This document shows positions 19,030-28,892 of a DNA stretch of 35,922 nt, in pieces; the first letter of the stretch is position 1, and every line of letters begins with the position of its first letter. A program made the position numbers and the translations under genes. Source of the DNA: a virus (lineage: Duplodnaviria > Caudoviricetes); IMG/VR virus record IMGVR_UViG_3300005805_000235, positions 1 to 35,922 of that record; one strand, written 5' to 3'. The notes under the pieces are model-generated. The model was given only the letters and a program-made list of their open reading frames with translations, was not told the DNA's origin and ran no database searches.

Positions 19030-19869
19030 TTAATCAAATAAAATGATGGGTTTTAAGCCTGGTATTTCATCGTAACTAGTATATGTTATAGAGATAGTTT
19101 GTGGACTACCATTAGGAGATGCTTCTCCTCCTCCATATTCAATAGACGTAACATAAGCATTACTAATTCCATAACTTATTCCACAGGCCCCTATACTTGC
19201 ATCATATTTAGTACTATCTGGATTTTCACAAGCTTGATATAGATCATCTATAACTACAGAATCCATAGAGGATGCAATAACATCATAAGTTATGCTTTGT
19301 TTAATAGGATATGTAACTACGGAAGCATAAGGTCTTCTGGTGGCAAATTCTCCTACAATATCTCTAGATATAGATATTTCAGCACTTACTTTAGTTAAGT
19401 AATTACCACTAATACCAGAGGGTAATCCGCCACTATAATCTGCTCTCTTAATAACATATGGTAATAAAGATCCTTCTCCTTCCCCTCCTCCCTGTGGCTT
19501 CGAATATCCTGTAAATGTTTTAGTAATTGTAAATGGCTCATCCACAGACATATCAAATCTTACAGATGACAACACAGCCAAACCACAACCTACTCCTCCA
19601 TTTGATCCATTAATAAATATTGTTGTAAATGTGTTTGCTTCACTAACATCGAATCCTCCTATGCTACCATTAGCGTAGCCAGTATATGACACTTCTATTT
19701 CTGGTAACGACCCATAATTCGCCACAGGGTTCGATGATCCTAATTTAAATATATTATTAACATCTCTATTTAAAGAGTATCTAGCAGATACCAGTCCGTT
19801 GATCGGTGATCCTGCCTTACTAACTGATAAATCTTTAAATCTATTAATTTGTATATTAGGTCCTGCCAC
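19030..19869 (-). CDS. Tail tube-like protein 2 (279 aa, GTG start)
   Basis: AAGGA RBS upstream of GTG; INGLVSARYSLNRDVNNIFKLG...LPEIEV parallels the neighbouring tube gene. Confidence 0.55.
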   Translation of the reverse strand: MAGPNIQINRFKDLSVSKAGSPINGLVSARYSLNRDVNNIFKLGSSNPVANYGSLPEIEVSYTGYANGSIGGFDVSEANTFTTIFINGSNGGVGCGLAVLSSVRFDMSVDEPFTITKTFTGYSKPQGGGEGEGSLLPYVIKRADYSGGLPSGISGNYLTKVSAEISISRDIVGEFATRRPYASVVTYPIKQSITYDVIASSMDSVVIDDLYQACENPDSTKYDASIGACGISYGISNAYVTSIEYGGGEASPNGSPQTISITYTSYDEIPGLKPIILFD

Positions 19870-19925
19870 AAACTTTTCCTTTTAGTTTGTTGTTAAATTT
19901 AATTAACTATTTATTTTAAATAATA

Positions 19926-20732
19926 TTAGCCAATACTAACATTATTATATGATGTATAGGTATATGTTACTGTAACATTACCACCACCAGTATCACCACC
20001 ACTATATCCAATATTACTCAATTTAGCTTTACCTATACTAAATGATGTGCCGCAAGCACCAATAGTAAATATTTGGTTGCCCTCTGGATCAGCGGCACAA
20101 TTTGGGGGATCAGCAGGTGAACTACCACCATCTGGTAGTAAATACCCAAGTTCTAGAGTTGTTTCAATAGGAAACTGTACGAAACGCTTTAGAGGTTTAT
20201 ATTGACCAAGAACGAAAACTGGATCTCTACTAAGATTAAGCGTTAATCTAGCACTAATAGCACCGCTTGGACCAGTCCAGTCTTGTCTACGAGGCATATG
20301 AATATCACTATCATTATTAGGAGAAAATGACCCTCCAGACACCAAAGTATCGCCAACATATGTTAATTCTTCTGTAAATACTCCGTCTGTACTAAAGTTA
20401 ACTGTATATCCAGACAATAAAGCGTTTTGCACAGTAAAACCACCAGCATCACTACCGATAATAATATCTTTTTCTTCATTAAGTAACTCTTCAGCTGTTG
20501 AGCATGCTGTGTTACTTAATTCTAATGATAATGCTGAACCACCATATAAAGCTCTTGTAATAGTTACTTCGCACTCTGGAACGTTTGGAACATATTCAAC
20601 TACGTCGCATTGACCTAATTGAAACACTGGCTCAATACCGAAATTTGATGATAAGCTAACACTCTGAACGCCTTTTAGTGAACTACCACCTAAAGTTACG
20701 TTGTGTGTTGCGTAAAAAATACGTTCTGGCAT
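19926..20732 (-). CDS. Major tail tube protein (268 aa)
   Basis: GGAG RBS and its own GGGTGTAT motif upstream; beta-rich; LKGVQSVSLSSNFGIEPVFQLGQ is typical of tube-fold proteins; follows the tail terminator position. Confidence 0.65.
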   Translation of the reverse strand: MPERIFYATHNVTLGGSSLKGVQSVSLSSNFGIEPVFQLGQCDVVEYVPNVPECEVTITRALYGGSALSLELSNTACSTAEELLNEEKDIIIGSDAGGFTVQNALLSGYTVNFSTDGVFTEELTYVGDTLVSGGSFSPNNDSDIHMPRRQDWTGPSGAISARLTLNLSRDPVFVLGQYKPLKRFVQFPIETTLELGYLLPDGGSSPADPPNCAADPEGNQIFTIGACGTSFSIGKAKLSNIGYSGGDTGGGNVTVTYTYTSYNNVSIG

Positions 20733-20802
20733 TTTAGATCTCCATTTCGAAGTGGTTATTTTATGCTATGAGAATTAAATCTAGCTGATTTCTATTTTTA
20801 GA

Positions 20803-20809
20803 ATACACC
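20803..20809 (-). promoter_or_regulatory. Putative late promoter motif GGTGTAT
   Basis: Intergenic, GGGTGTATTCTAAAAAT, about 70 nt upstream of the tail tube gene. Confidence 0.55.
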
Positions 20810-20865
20810 CAAATTTATAAAAACTAAAGAGATATTTATCTTTTTTGACCAATTAAATGGTAAAA

Positions 20866-21849
20866 TTAACAATGAGCAGAATTATCATTTTGTAATATAA
20901 TAAGTTCATTAGTAATCCTAACTACAGCACCATACATACGAATATTGGTAAAATACATATCTGAAATATTAATATCACTAATTCTACAATATATCCACTT
21001 ATGATTATCATTATTAACAAAAATATTATAATTTTGACCGTTTATATTTTTTGACCCATCATAATTTAATGGGTAAATATTGTCTTTAATAATTTGATCT
21101 GTATTATATAGCGATAAAACTCTGTCTTTTTGCAATCTTAATATATCGACTATATTATTTTTATCTTTACTATTATCACATAATACATGCAACAATAGGT
21201 CTTGCTGGAGTATCTGAGATACATCTCCTAAGTGAAATGGCTTACTAGATGATCGTGCTACTGGTTCTATAATGATTGCTGGTAATTGTACTCTTTTTTC
21301 TCCAGATATTGAAAAATCTCCTTTATCTTTAAGAGAAAATCCTGTTTTATTTTCTAAAGAAGCTTGTTGTATTTCTTTCCAATAAGGAAATTCTTCCATT
21401 TTATAAACTTGTATATTACGATAAGAATATTCTATATGTGCTGTTGTTGAGGATGGTAATGGTCTATTAAAAATAATTCTACCATCAGGATAATTAATTT
21501 TATATCCTAAACTAGCATTACCTGTTGGTGCGGGATAGAATGTAGAATTAATATATACACCACTAATATTAGTAGGAGAAGTTCCGCTAAAACTAACACC
21601 AGATTCGTATATCCAGTCTTTTCTGGGTGTTTGCCATACAGTATCTGTAGTATTAATATTATCTATTGTTGGTTTTAAAATATGTAAATTAAAATTATGA
21701 ATATTATTTGTAGGAATTTTAACATTTGTAAATGCTCCAATATTTAAGAATCCCCAATCTAAAAAAGATTTATAATTATTAATTAATTCATTAAGTATAA
21801 GCGATTCGCCTATACTATTCACTCCTATAAATGATGGATTAAACGTCAT
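20866..21849 (-). CDS. Tail terminator/completion-like protein with an inserted beta domain (327 aa)
   Basis: RVQLPAIIIE motif and QDLLLHV strand resemble tail terminators; insert YKINYPDGRIIF; syntenic between neck and tube genes. Confidence 0.5.
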   Translation of the reverse strand: MTFNPSFIGVNSIGESLILNELINNYKSFLDWGFLNIGAFTNVKIPTNNIHNFNLHILKPTIDNINTTDTVWQTPRKDWIYESGVSFSGTSPTNISGVYINSTFYPAPTGNASLGYKINYPDGRIIFNRPLPSSTTAHIEYSYRNIQVYKMEEFPYWKEIQQASLENKTGFSLKDKGDFSISGEKRVQLPAIIIEPVARSSSKPFHLGDVSQILQQDLLLHVLCDNSKDKNNIVDILRLQKDRVLSLYNTDQIIKDNIYPLNYDGSKNINGQNYNIFVNNDNHKWIYCRISDINISDMYFTNIRMYGAVVRITNELIILQNDNSAHC

Positions 21850-21859
21850 ATAAAGTATC

Positions 21860-22507
21860 CTAATTATTAATTATATTGGTTATAGTTTGATCTATTGATT
21901 GTGCTGCACTATCTATAGCTCTTGTAATCCAATTATTATTTACTGTACCAGCATATTCTGGAGGAACTCTCCATGAACCACCACTTCTTTCTCTCATGAT
22001 ACCCATACCAGTACGAGAGTATGGACTAGGCCCTAAAATAAAGTCATAATTACTAATTATAACAGTATCTCCTTGAACTAATAACCATTCTAACCAATTT
22101 AATTGAACTCCTTTTTCTGTATTTATCGTTGCAGCGCCTAAACTTAATAGATCTGAAAAATCTTTTTTTACCATACCAAAAGTAAGTTTCGCAGATATCC
22201 GATTTCCTGTTAATTGAGGTGCTTGTATATTTATTGATTGTCCATTTTTAATGGTTTCTAAAATTTGGGAAAGTCTAGCAGCGGGATCAGGGATGCCAAA
22301 TTCGTACTGCAATTGTCCATTTAATAAAGCCTGATATTCAGGTTGTGCAACAATCGCTTTAACAACTATATCTGGAATAGTTCTGATTAGTTTATTACTA
22401 ATATTTGTAAAATATCTTCTAATATCAGGTAATAATGCATTAATAATATTTTTACTTATTGTTGAATTATCCTCGGCTAGTTTAAGAGAAAAAGTAAGTT
22501 TACTCAT
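21860..22507 (-). CDS. Neck/tail completion protein (about 215 aa)
   Basis: Start moved to the ATG at 22507 (MSKL), which forms an ATGA overlap with the upstream stop. C-terminal WRVPPEYAGT..NNWITRAI; neck position. Confidence 0.5.
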   Translation of the reverse strand: MSKLTFSLKLAEDNSTISKNIINALLPDIRRYFTNISNKLIRTIPDIVVKAIVAQPEYQALLNGQLQYEFGIPDPAARLSQILETIKNGQSINIQAPQLTGNRISAKLTFGMVKKDFSDLLSLGAATINTEKGVQLNWLEWLLVQGDTVIISNYDFILGPSPYSRTGMGIMRERSGGSWRVPPEYAGTVNNNWITRAIDSAAQSIDQTITNIINN

Positions 22508-23013
22508 ATTTTTTTCCAATATGTAAATATATATGAGCTATTACCAAAACCGCATGGTTGTGGCTCACTATTTCTTTGATAATAACTTTCTGTATAATCT
22601 TGTATATTACTATCTATAATTATTTTATTACAATTTTTAATTTTAGCATAAAGGTCAAACTTGCTAATAGTTTGCACAAGACCTTCTGGACTATGTATTT
22701 TACTATTAAAATTAATCCAATATTTATAATCAAACAAAACCATCATATTAACAATATCTGTTTGTTCAATATACTCGCCCCCTACACCGTTGCAATAAGG
22801 ACAAATCTGACCATCCGTAAATTGTATGGGGCCGCCAGCTTTATAATTATTGCTAGATTTGTGAGAAATAGGATCTATATAACAATTGATACATTCTGTG
22901 AATTTAGACCCTTCATATATCAACTTACAAGGTAATGATAAAGAATTCTGCCTAAGCAGTTCATCTATCATATTATGATATAGGTTTTTAAGATCGTTAT
23001 TAATAATATCCAT
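22504..23013 (-). CDS. Head closure/stopper-like protein with a CxxC...CxxC zinc-finger insert (169 aa)
   Basis: CINC and CPYCNGVG motifs; second gene after the capsid. Confidence 0.5.
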   Translation of the reverse strand: MDIINNDLKNLYHNMIDELLRQNSLSLPCKLIYEGSKFTECINCYIDPISHKSSNNYKAGGPIQFTDGQICPYCNGVGGEYIEQTDIVNMMVLFDYKYWINFNSKIHSPEGLVQTISKFDLYAKIKNCNKIIIDSNIQDYTESYYQRNSEPQPCGFGNSSYIFTYWKKI

Positions 23014-23036
23014 AATTATATTCTAAAATTATTACA

Positions 23037-23561
23037 CTATGAATAAAATCCTGTTCTATAAGGATCAAATCTAGTGCTTGATCTTTGCATAGTAGGATCA
23101 AATTTATTTCCACTAAATGGACCAAGAACAGCCGCTATAGCACTAGCATTAGCAACATCCCAATGCTCAACTAGATCATCATATAGTTTACATGGGCCAT
23201 GTTTTAAAATCATTTCCCAACCACTAGCAGCACCACTAACGCTTAAAGAAGCGGGTCCTAATGCTGCTCTAACGCCTTCCATAGCAGCTTTGGTTCGTAA
23301 AGATCCTTGGTCAATTAAACATGCTGCTTTTAAAGTAGTCAATATAATAAATATTTCATCATTGTCTACTGTTGGATCAGGAGATAGCGCATTATTTGAT
23401 ACATCAATAGTATACGGATGGTCTAACACAACATCAAATTGAACATATTTACCAGCTACTAAAATAGTTTGTTCAATGCGCTCATCACTAAATTGATAAG
23501 GAGCTACTGAATCATTGACTAAAATGCGAACCATTGTGGTCATTTCATTTTGCCAAGACAT
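23037..23561 (-). CDS. Head-tail adaptor/connector (174 aa)
   Basis: MVRILVND...YQFSDERI motif typical of adaptor proteins; first gene after the capsid; AAGGA RBS. Confidence 0.65.
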   Translation of the reverse strand: MSWQNEMTTMVRILVNDSVAPYQFSDERIEQTILVAGKYVQFDVVLDHPYTIDVSNNALSPDPTVDNDEIFIILTTLKAACLIDQGSLRTKAAMEGVRAALGPASLSVSGAASGWEMILKHGPCKLYDDLVEHWDVANASAIAAVLGPFSGNKFDPTMQRSSTRFDPYRTGFYS

Positions 23562-23607
23562 AATAAAATTCCTTTGTTATATTATAATAAAAAAGATACT
23601 ATATTTT

Positions 23608-23614
23608 ATACACC
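23608..23614 (-). promoter_or_regulatory. Putative late promoter motif GGTGTAT
   Basis: GGTGTATAAAATATAGT immediately after the capsid terminator and upstream of the adaptor gene. Confidence 0.6.
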
Positions 23615-23619
23615 GACAT

Positions 23620-23648
23620 AAAAAAAGCCGCCCCAAAGGAGCGGCTTT
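23620..23648 (-). terminator. Rho-independent terminator after the major capsid gene
   Basis: Minus strand AAAGCCGCTCC-TTT-GGGGCGGC-TTTTTTT. Confidence 0.9.
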
Positions 23649-23676
23649 CTTCATATGAAAAGATTTAATCTTTTGA

Positions 23677-24681
23677 TTATAGAGAACCGAGTAGCACTCT
23701 ACGATTATCAAGAACAGCAAAGCCTTGCTCTGCCCAGCCGTAGAAGCCAGCTCTCTTTTGACGATGTAGTGTATCGTCTTCAAAGATTTGAACTTGCTCA
23801 CGAATTGGCATTATAAAGCTATCTCTCTTGCGTAGATCAAGACCAACTACTAGTTCAGCATCGCCTGATGGTAGTGTTCCTGATAGAACATTATCATAGA
23901 ATAGTTGATATTCTTGATCTTCGCCTAGTTCATCAAGATCGTGAAGGTTGACGCCGAAAACTCTATTAAGAGTACCATCAGCAGCAACATAAATTTCACG
24001 ACGAGTAATTTCGTCAACTTGATCTAGACCCCAATTGCGAATATCTTCCATAGCTTCTGGAGAAACATAAAGATCAGTTAGCATACCACGGTTATTACTG
24101 GCTGAGTTACCGCCGCCGTTTCTACGCATAACTGTTTTCATGAGACTTACGAGACGCTTGGTGAATTGACCAGCGGCGGCATCACTATCGTATACAACGA
24201 TATTACGATCAACACCAGCAGCTAGCAATGTATGCCAACCATCGTCGTTCATCTTTTTAACAAATTGAGCTTCCATAACTTCCATAGCACGACCAACAAC
24301 ATCCCAACGAGCATCACGAGCATACTTTAGGAGATAGTCGATACTAGCGCCAATGTCATAGGTTGGAACCATGACGTAATCGCCTTCAACGTGTCTCTCT
24401 GGAATATAACCATGATTAGGAATGGTATAGGCAACGAAATCTTTTTCTGTACCAGGAGCAAGGAAATCTAATGGAAATTCTGGAGTAGCGCTTTGACTCA
24501 ATGTGATTGGCTCAAAGATACCGTCTAGAATATCTCCATTTAAAATACCTTGTCGTAAAGGTAGTTCAAGAGCTTTAGCAAATTCAGCATTTGCTGCAAT
24601 AGCTTCTTCTTTATTGGCTGAACCAGAACGAACTAGAAGATCAGTAAGCTCTGGTGTTGGTTCAAAAGCTTTGTTGGACAT
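23677..24681 (-). CDS. Major capsid protein (334 aa, probably HK97 fold)
   Basis: Strong GGGAG RBS, downstream terminator, position after scaffold and decoration genes; C-terminal GFYGWAEQGFAVLDNRRV. Confidence 0.85.
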   Translation of the reverse strand: MSNKAFEPTPELTDLLVRSGSANKEEAIAANAEFAKALELPLRQGILNGDILDGIFEPITLSQSATPEFPLDFLAPGTEKDFVAYTIPNHGYIPERHVEGDYVMVPTYDIGASIDYLLKYARDARWDVVGRAMEVMEAQFVKKMNDDGWHTLLAAGVDRNIVVYDSDAAAGQFTKRLVSLMKTVMRRNGGGNSASNNRGMLTDLYVSPEAMEDIRNWGLDQVDEITRREIYVAADGTLNRVFGVNLHDLDELGEDQEYQLFYDNVLSGTLPSGDAELVVGLDLRKRDSFIMPIREQVQIFEDDTLHRQKRAGFYGWAEQGFAVLDNRRVLLGSL

Positions 24682-24702
24682 ATTTTTATTCTCCCTCTTA
24701 AA

Positions 24703-25158
24703 TTAAGCGATGTTTACGGATACTTTGGCATAACCATCGGCATCCTTAGAACTTAAGAATGATCCGATTTGCACACTATTTGTACTACTTGTACCAATCA
24801 TACCACTGGCTCCAACATAAGCTTTGGCGCCAGCAACAGGACTAATACCAGGAACGAGCATATTTGTAGTAACTTGGCCCTGGCGTAGTAATGTTACTTT
24901 ACCATCAACCTGCACTTCATCTTTGTGCCAATTAATGTGTTGTCTGGTTAGATCATAGTTAACAACATCATTAAGTAGAACGCCGACTGGATTAACACCA
25001 GTGCCTACAGCACTATATGATACTACAGCATTGGCATCATCCATTGACACACCTTCGCCGCTTGTAACAGCGGTTACAACACCGCCTTTTTCGGCTACTG
25101 TTGTCATGAAGAAAGAAATATCTGTTAATAGTTCGATACGATCTGATTTAAGAGCCAT
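24703..25158 (-). CDS. Capsid decoration/cement protein (151 aa)
   Basis: Gly/Val-rich beta protein (PVGVLLNDV, KVTLLRQGQV) between scaffold and capsid; GGGAG RBS. Confidence 0.65.
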   Translation of the reverse strand: MALKSDRIELLTDISFFMTTVAEKGGVVTAVTSGEGVSMDDANAVVSYSAVGTGVNPVGVLLNDVVNYDLTRQHINWHKDEVQVDGKVTLLRQGQVTTNMLVPGISPVAGAKAYVGASGMIGTSSTNSVQIGSFLSSKDADGYAKVSVNIA

Positions 25159-25162
25159 ATTA

Positions 25163-25813
25163 TTATTCTCCCTTATTAAGTTTTTTACCTAGTCTAGCAC
25201 ATACAAAATCAACTAGTGCTGCGCGAGTAGTGTTAGTATTTTCAGACTCGTCACCACCAGCACTAAGATCAAGTTCATTTACCGGTTCTGCATTATCTAA
25301 AATCTTTTCTGCTTCGGTTTCTGAAGCTTTTGGTTTTTTTTCTTCTACCATTTTAACTTTTTTAGCAGCATTGCTAACAAGGTCTATCATGGCGTCAAAT
25401 GCAGAATCTTCGAGGCTTTCAAATTGATCAACAGCAGATGATGCTACTTCTTGATCTAAGCCTTTTTCAAGAAGAGAAGCCATTCTTTTCATCTTCTTTT
25501 CTTTCTTCATCATTTCTTCTTCTTTGTTCTTATAGGCAGCAACAGCTTCTAGAGCAGAGTCTAGTTCTGACTTGGCCTTTTTCATTTCTTCTTCTTTCTT
25601 CATCATCTCTTCTTCGCTCATTTTTTTAGCAGCTTCAGAGCTTTCAAAAAGTTCTGAATATGCTGATTTGGCCTGAGATAATTCGGTCTCAAGAGCAACG
25701 ATCTTGTCTTTTAGCTCGCTAATTTGAGCATATGCTTCTTGAGTTGCTGAAGCACAATCTTTCATTGCTTCTACCTTTTCTTTAATCTCGGCAATTTCTT
25801 TTTCTAAATTCAT
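25163..25813 (-). CDS. Nested in-frame scaffolding protein (216 aa, internal start)
   Basis: GGAG (25823-25826) lies 9 nt before an in-frame ATG at 25813 (MNLEKEIAEI), with GGGTGTAT about 36 nt upstream. Confidence 0.65.
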   Translation of the reverse strand: MNLEKEIAEIKEKVEAMKDCASATQEAYAQISELKDKIVALETELSQAKSAYSELFESSEAAKKMSEEEMMKKEEEMKKAKSELDSALEAVAAYKNKEEEMMKKEKKMKRMASLLEKGLDQEVASSAVDQFESLEDSAFDAMIDLVSNAAKKVKMVEEKKPKASETEAEKILDNAEPVNELDLSAGGDESENTNTTRAALVDFVCARLGKKLNKGE

Positions 25814-26632
25814 AGTATTATTCTCCGTTAGATTTGTACTTATTTCTGATACACCCGAAAAAGTTTTTTCTGTATTTTTTATATTTGAAAGACTCATAAA
25901 ATTTTCTTTATTAAATATAATACTATCTGGATTCGCTGGTCTGTCAACATATCCTTTGCCAGAAAAAGTTATTTGTCTCAAAACTCGACCAATTTTATGG
26001 TTTTCATATTTCCCACTTCCTCCATATGCTCTAAGATGTTTTGTCAAAAAAGATGTTTCTTCTGATCTAGATAAAACTTTATATTCTCCAGTTTCTTCAT
26101 TAATTAATCCATAATCAAAACCCTTAAACATACACTCCATACTTACATATTTAGAGCCATTTTCAATTTCAGCTATCAATTTAGATGTTCTTTCTTTAAG
26201 CTCTGGATTTACATAAGCCCTGTAAATTACAGATCCGGTTACAATATGAAATTTTTCAGGGAGGTTCTCTAATGGTGTGTTTGTGTCTATAAGTATGCCG
26301 TCATCAGTTATGGGCCAATTAGATACTATATGTCCGATGATCGTATTTTCGTCGTGCTCTAAATTTGTTGGTTTATCTTCTGGAGTATTTTTAGCTACCC
26401 ATACTTCGTCTTTGTTGAAAATATCATCATTTTTATTCCAAGATGATGTAACTAAAATTGATTGTACATAATATAGATCATTATCATCATAAGATGCTAA
26501 TGCTTTAATATTTTTAATATTATTTTTATTATCAACAGATATTGGTTCCGCTAAAGACGCTATACTAATAGCGGCCGATGCTGATATTTGTTTCTCAAGA
26601 CCATCTTTTATTTCTTGATTATATATAATCAT
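25163..26632 (-). CDS. Prohead protease fused to a coiled-coil scaffold (489 aa)
   Basis: N-terminal NKNDDIF, NLEHD...IIG, VSMEC, FSGKGYVDRPANP resemble HK97/assemblin-type prohead proteases; C-terminal half is an E/K/M-rich coiled coil. Confidence 0.8.
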   Translation of the reverse strand: MIIYNQEIKDGLEKQISASAAISIASLAEPISVDNKNNIKNIKALASYDDNDLYYVQSILVTSSWNKNDDIFNKDEVWVAKNTPEDKPTNLEHDENTIIGHIVSNWPITDDGILIDTNTPLENLPEKFHIVTGSVIYRAYVNPELKERTSKLIAEIENGSKYVSMECMFKGFDYGLINEETGEYKVLSRSEETSFLTKHLRAYGGSGKYENHKIGRVLRQITFSGKGYVDRPANPDSIIFNKENFMSLSNIKNTEKTFSGVSEISTNLTENNTMNLEKEIAEIKEKVEAMKDCASATQEAYAQISELKDKIVALETELSQAKSAYSELFESSEAAKKMSEEEMMKKEEEMKKAKSELDSALEAVAAYKNKEEEMMKKEKKMKRMASLLEKGLDQEVASSAVDQFESLEDSAFDAMIDLVSNAAKKVKMVEEKKPKASETEAEKILDNAEPVNELDLSAGGDESENTNTTRAALVDFVCARLGKKLNKGE

Positions 26633-28845
26633 ATTGTCTCTTTTTCTGTTTGAGTTAGATTAACATACACCATTGAATAAAAATAAGATTTAACCTGTTT
26701 AAGTTCTTGAACAGATAGGTCTCTGCCAAAAGTGGTTTTCATAGTATTTAAAAAACGATTATAGTAGTTATAAATTTGAGAAATTTGCGCAGGATTGGTT
26801 TGTAGAAATTGTAGTGTACTAATTAAATAATTATCATTAATTTCTTTATATGGAATTGACGATAATAATAGTTTTGTTTTGGTTTCTTCAATTTCATCAT
26901 ATTGGTTATTAGATAAACTTCTCATATTTTTTTTATTATAAAAATCTAATAATACTGGATTCATAATATCAGAAATTTGATCTTGTGCCGCATCCGCCCA
27001 TAGCTGTAGTTTGGCTCCTGTTTGTGGAGTAAATTTTTTCGTTTTTCTTTTTTCGGAATCTTTTGAGTTCTTTGGTCTTCCTTGTCCCGGAATACCTTTT
27101 AAAGATTCTGGCGAATCTTTAACGCTATTAGGATTAGTAAAAGATGGTGTCTTCATTTCCAGAACTGTTTTTTCTCCGGGTTTTTTCTTTTGTAGCTCAA
27201 GACCGACTTGACTCGGAGTAACTAATCCTATTTGTAAAGCTGTTTTCATTAATGATTCTTCAAACATTGGATCATACCAAGGACCAGCTTTAGGAACCAT
27301 TCTATCAGATGCTCTATCTCTTTGTTCTCTATTAAGTCTAGTTTTTTCCATCTCTGGATCAAAACCAAATCTTGTTTGTAACAATTCGTCACTGATTAAG
27401 TTTCTATCTGCTAATTGTACTAATAATGCCTTTTCTGCATCCTCGTTACTAAGATCCATTCTATCAAATTCTATTTTAGCAGCATACTTGAAACCCATTG
27501 CTTTTTGTACTAATTCAAATTCTTTTTCCCAAAATGTAACTAATATGTCACGACCGTATTGTAGTCTTTGTGTTAATGTTTTTAAACTAATAAAATTATT
27601 TGTTGTGCCAGCAGCCCCAAATGTTCCTGTCAATGTAGGGGGGATACCAAGACCCGCATAAACACTATTTAAGTGAGGAATATATTTTCCTTCTCCTAAA
27701 AACTGATGAACACTAGTTTTACTTTCAATTAACTCAATATCAGGACCCCACACAAGATCTAATGTTCCTCCGCCAACATTATTTTGAAGTATACTAGATA
27801 ATTTACTAGCAGCTGCCTTAGTTGGTGCTATCTTATGTTCTAGATTTCCTAGTTTAAAAATACGAATATTGCTAATAGCCCCATCAAGAGCAGACATATC
27901 TGCTAGTTTAAGTTTTTCGATTACTGTAATATCATCCATGATACTGTATATCATTGGGTATGCCCAACTCTGCCAATCATCTTTTTTATAATGGAAAACT
28001 AGTGTCTTATTAGGATCTAGTGGGTATGGTTTTTTCTCTTTAGCTGCTGCTATGATTTGAGCTGGTAAAGAAGAAATTATAGTTTTTTCATTCTCTGTTT
28101 TAGGACTATTAATAACTTTACGTAAACTTGTGGGAATTAATAATTCATATCGTTTTTTACCAACGAACGAGGATAGAGATCCTGCTGCAACATTTACATA
28201 TACAGGATCAATAAAAGTATATCTCCATGGAATTTCTCTTTTATCAACATTTACAGTATCGTCATCTTGTTCTGTTGTATCTGCGGTAGCATTAGTTCTA
28301 AAGAACTCATCAACTGTTTTAAGACTAATTTTTGCTGTTTGTCTGTTTATTACAACATTTGCTGTTTTATATAGGTTGTTTAAAAATCTTTCGCTTCTAT
28401 CTTTTCCATTAATTTTTTTGAACCATTTACGATAAAATCTTTCTGTTCTTTTATTCTTGCAAACGGGCTTAACTCCCTGTACAGCAAAATCTGCCATAAG
28501 ATCAATTACGTTTTTTACTAAACCAACCTTTTGATAAATTTCTTCTGCTCTACGAATAATATTTTTAATATGTGTTGGAACAGCTTCATCTGGACGAAAA
28601 TAATCATATCCTTCTCTAGTTAATCCTGGTTTGCCACTAATACCAGGCATTAAATTACTATAATCATTACCTCTTCTACGATACGAAGCAGATGTGTTAA
28701 AAAGGCCATATTCATCCAAGCATTGAGACGATTCTTTCAATGCGTTTTGCTTACTAGTCAGATCATCTCCCCATGTGACATACGCTTCAGATTCTGATAA
28801 TTGTGCGTTTTCTATCGCTTCGCTTTTTGGGTATTTTTTAGCCAT
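26629..28845 (-). CDS. Portal protein (738 aa)
   Basis: Directly follows the large terminase; YQKVGLVKNVIDLMADF, LVFHYKKDDWQSWAYP, GLGIPPTL, low-complexity PGQGRPKN tail. Confidence 0.85.
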   Translation of the reverse strand: MAKKYPKSEAIENAQLSESEAYVTWGDDLTSKQNALKESSQCLDEYGLFNTSASYRRRGNDYSNLMPGISGKPGLTREGYDYFRPDEAVPTHIKNIIRRAEEIYQKVGLVKNVIDLMADFAVQGVKPVCKNKRTERFYRKWFKKINGKDRSERFLNNLYKTANVVINRQTAKISLKTVDEFFRTNATADTTEQDDDTVNVDKREIPWRYTFIDPVYVNVAAGSLSSFVGKKRYELLIPTSLRKVINSPKTENEKTIISSLPAQIIAAAKEKKPYPLDPNKTLVFHYKKDDWQSWAYPMIYSIMDDITVIEKLKLADMSALDGAISNIRIFKLGNLEHKIAPTKAAASKLSSILQNNVGGGTLDLVWGPDIELIESKTSVHQFLGEGKYIPHLNSVYAGLGIPPTLTGTFGAAGTTNNFISLKTLTQRLQYGRDILVTFWEKEFELVQKAMGFKYAAKIEFDRMDLSNEDAEKALLVQLADRNLISDELLQTRFGFDPEMEKTRLNREQRDRASDRMVPKAGPWYDPMFEESLMKTALQIGLVTPSQVGLELQKKKPGEKTVLEMKTPSFTNPNSVKDSPESLKGIPGQGRPKNSKDSEKRKTKKFTPQTGAKLQLWADAAQDQISDIMNPVLLDFYNKKNMRSLSNNQYDEIEETKTKLLLSSIPYKEINDNYLISTLQFLQTNPAQISQIYNYYNRFLNTMKTTFGRDLSVQELKQVKSYFYSMVYVNLTQTEKETI

Positions 28846-28884
28846 AATTTTCTAATTGTAATGTAATAGGATTGTAATTATATT

Positions 28885-28890
28885 ATACAC
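28885..28890 (-). promoter_or_regulatory. Putative late promoter motif GTGTAT
   Basis: AGTGTATAATATAAT in the short terL-portal gap, 40 nt upstream of the portal ATG. Confidence 0.55.
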
Positions 28891-28892
28891 TC

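Noticed and set aside
23577-23801. 74-aa minus-strand ORF overlapping the capsid 3' end as a possible frameshift extension
   Set aside because: It crosses a strong terminator, I see no slippery sequence, and the translation is not protein-like.
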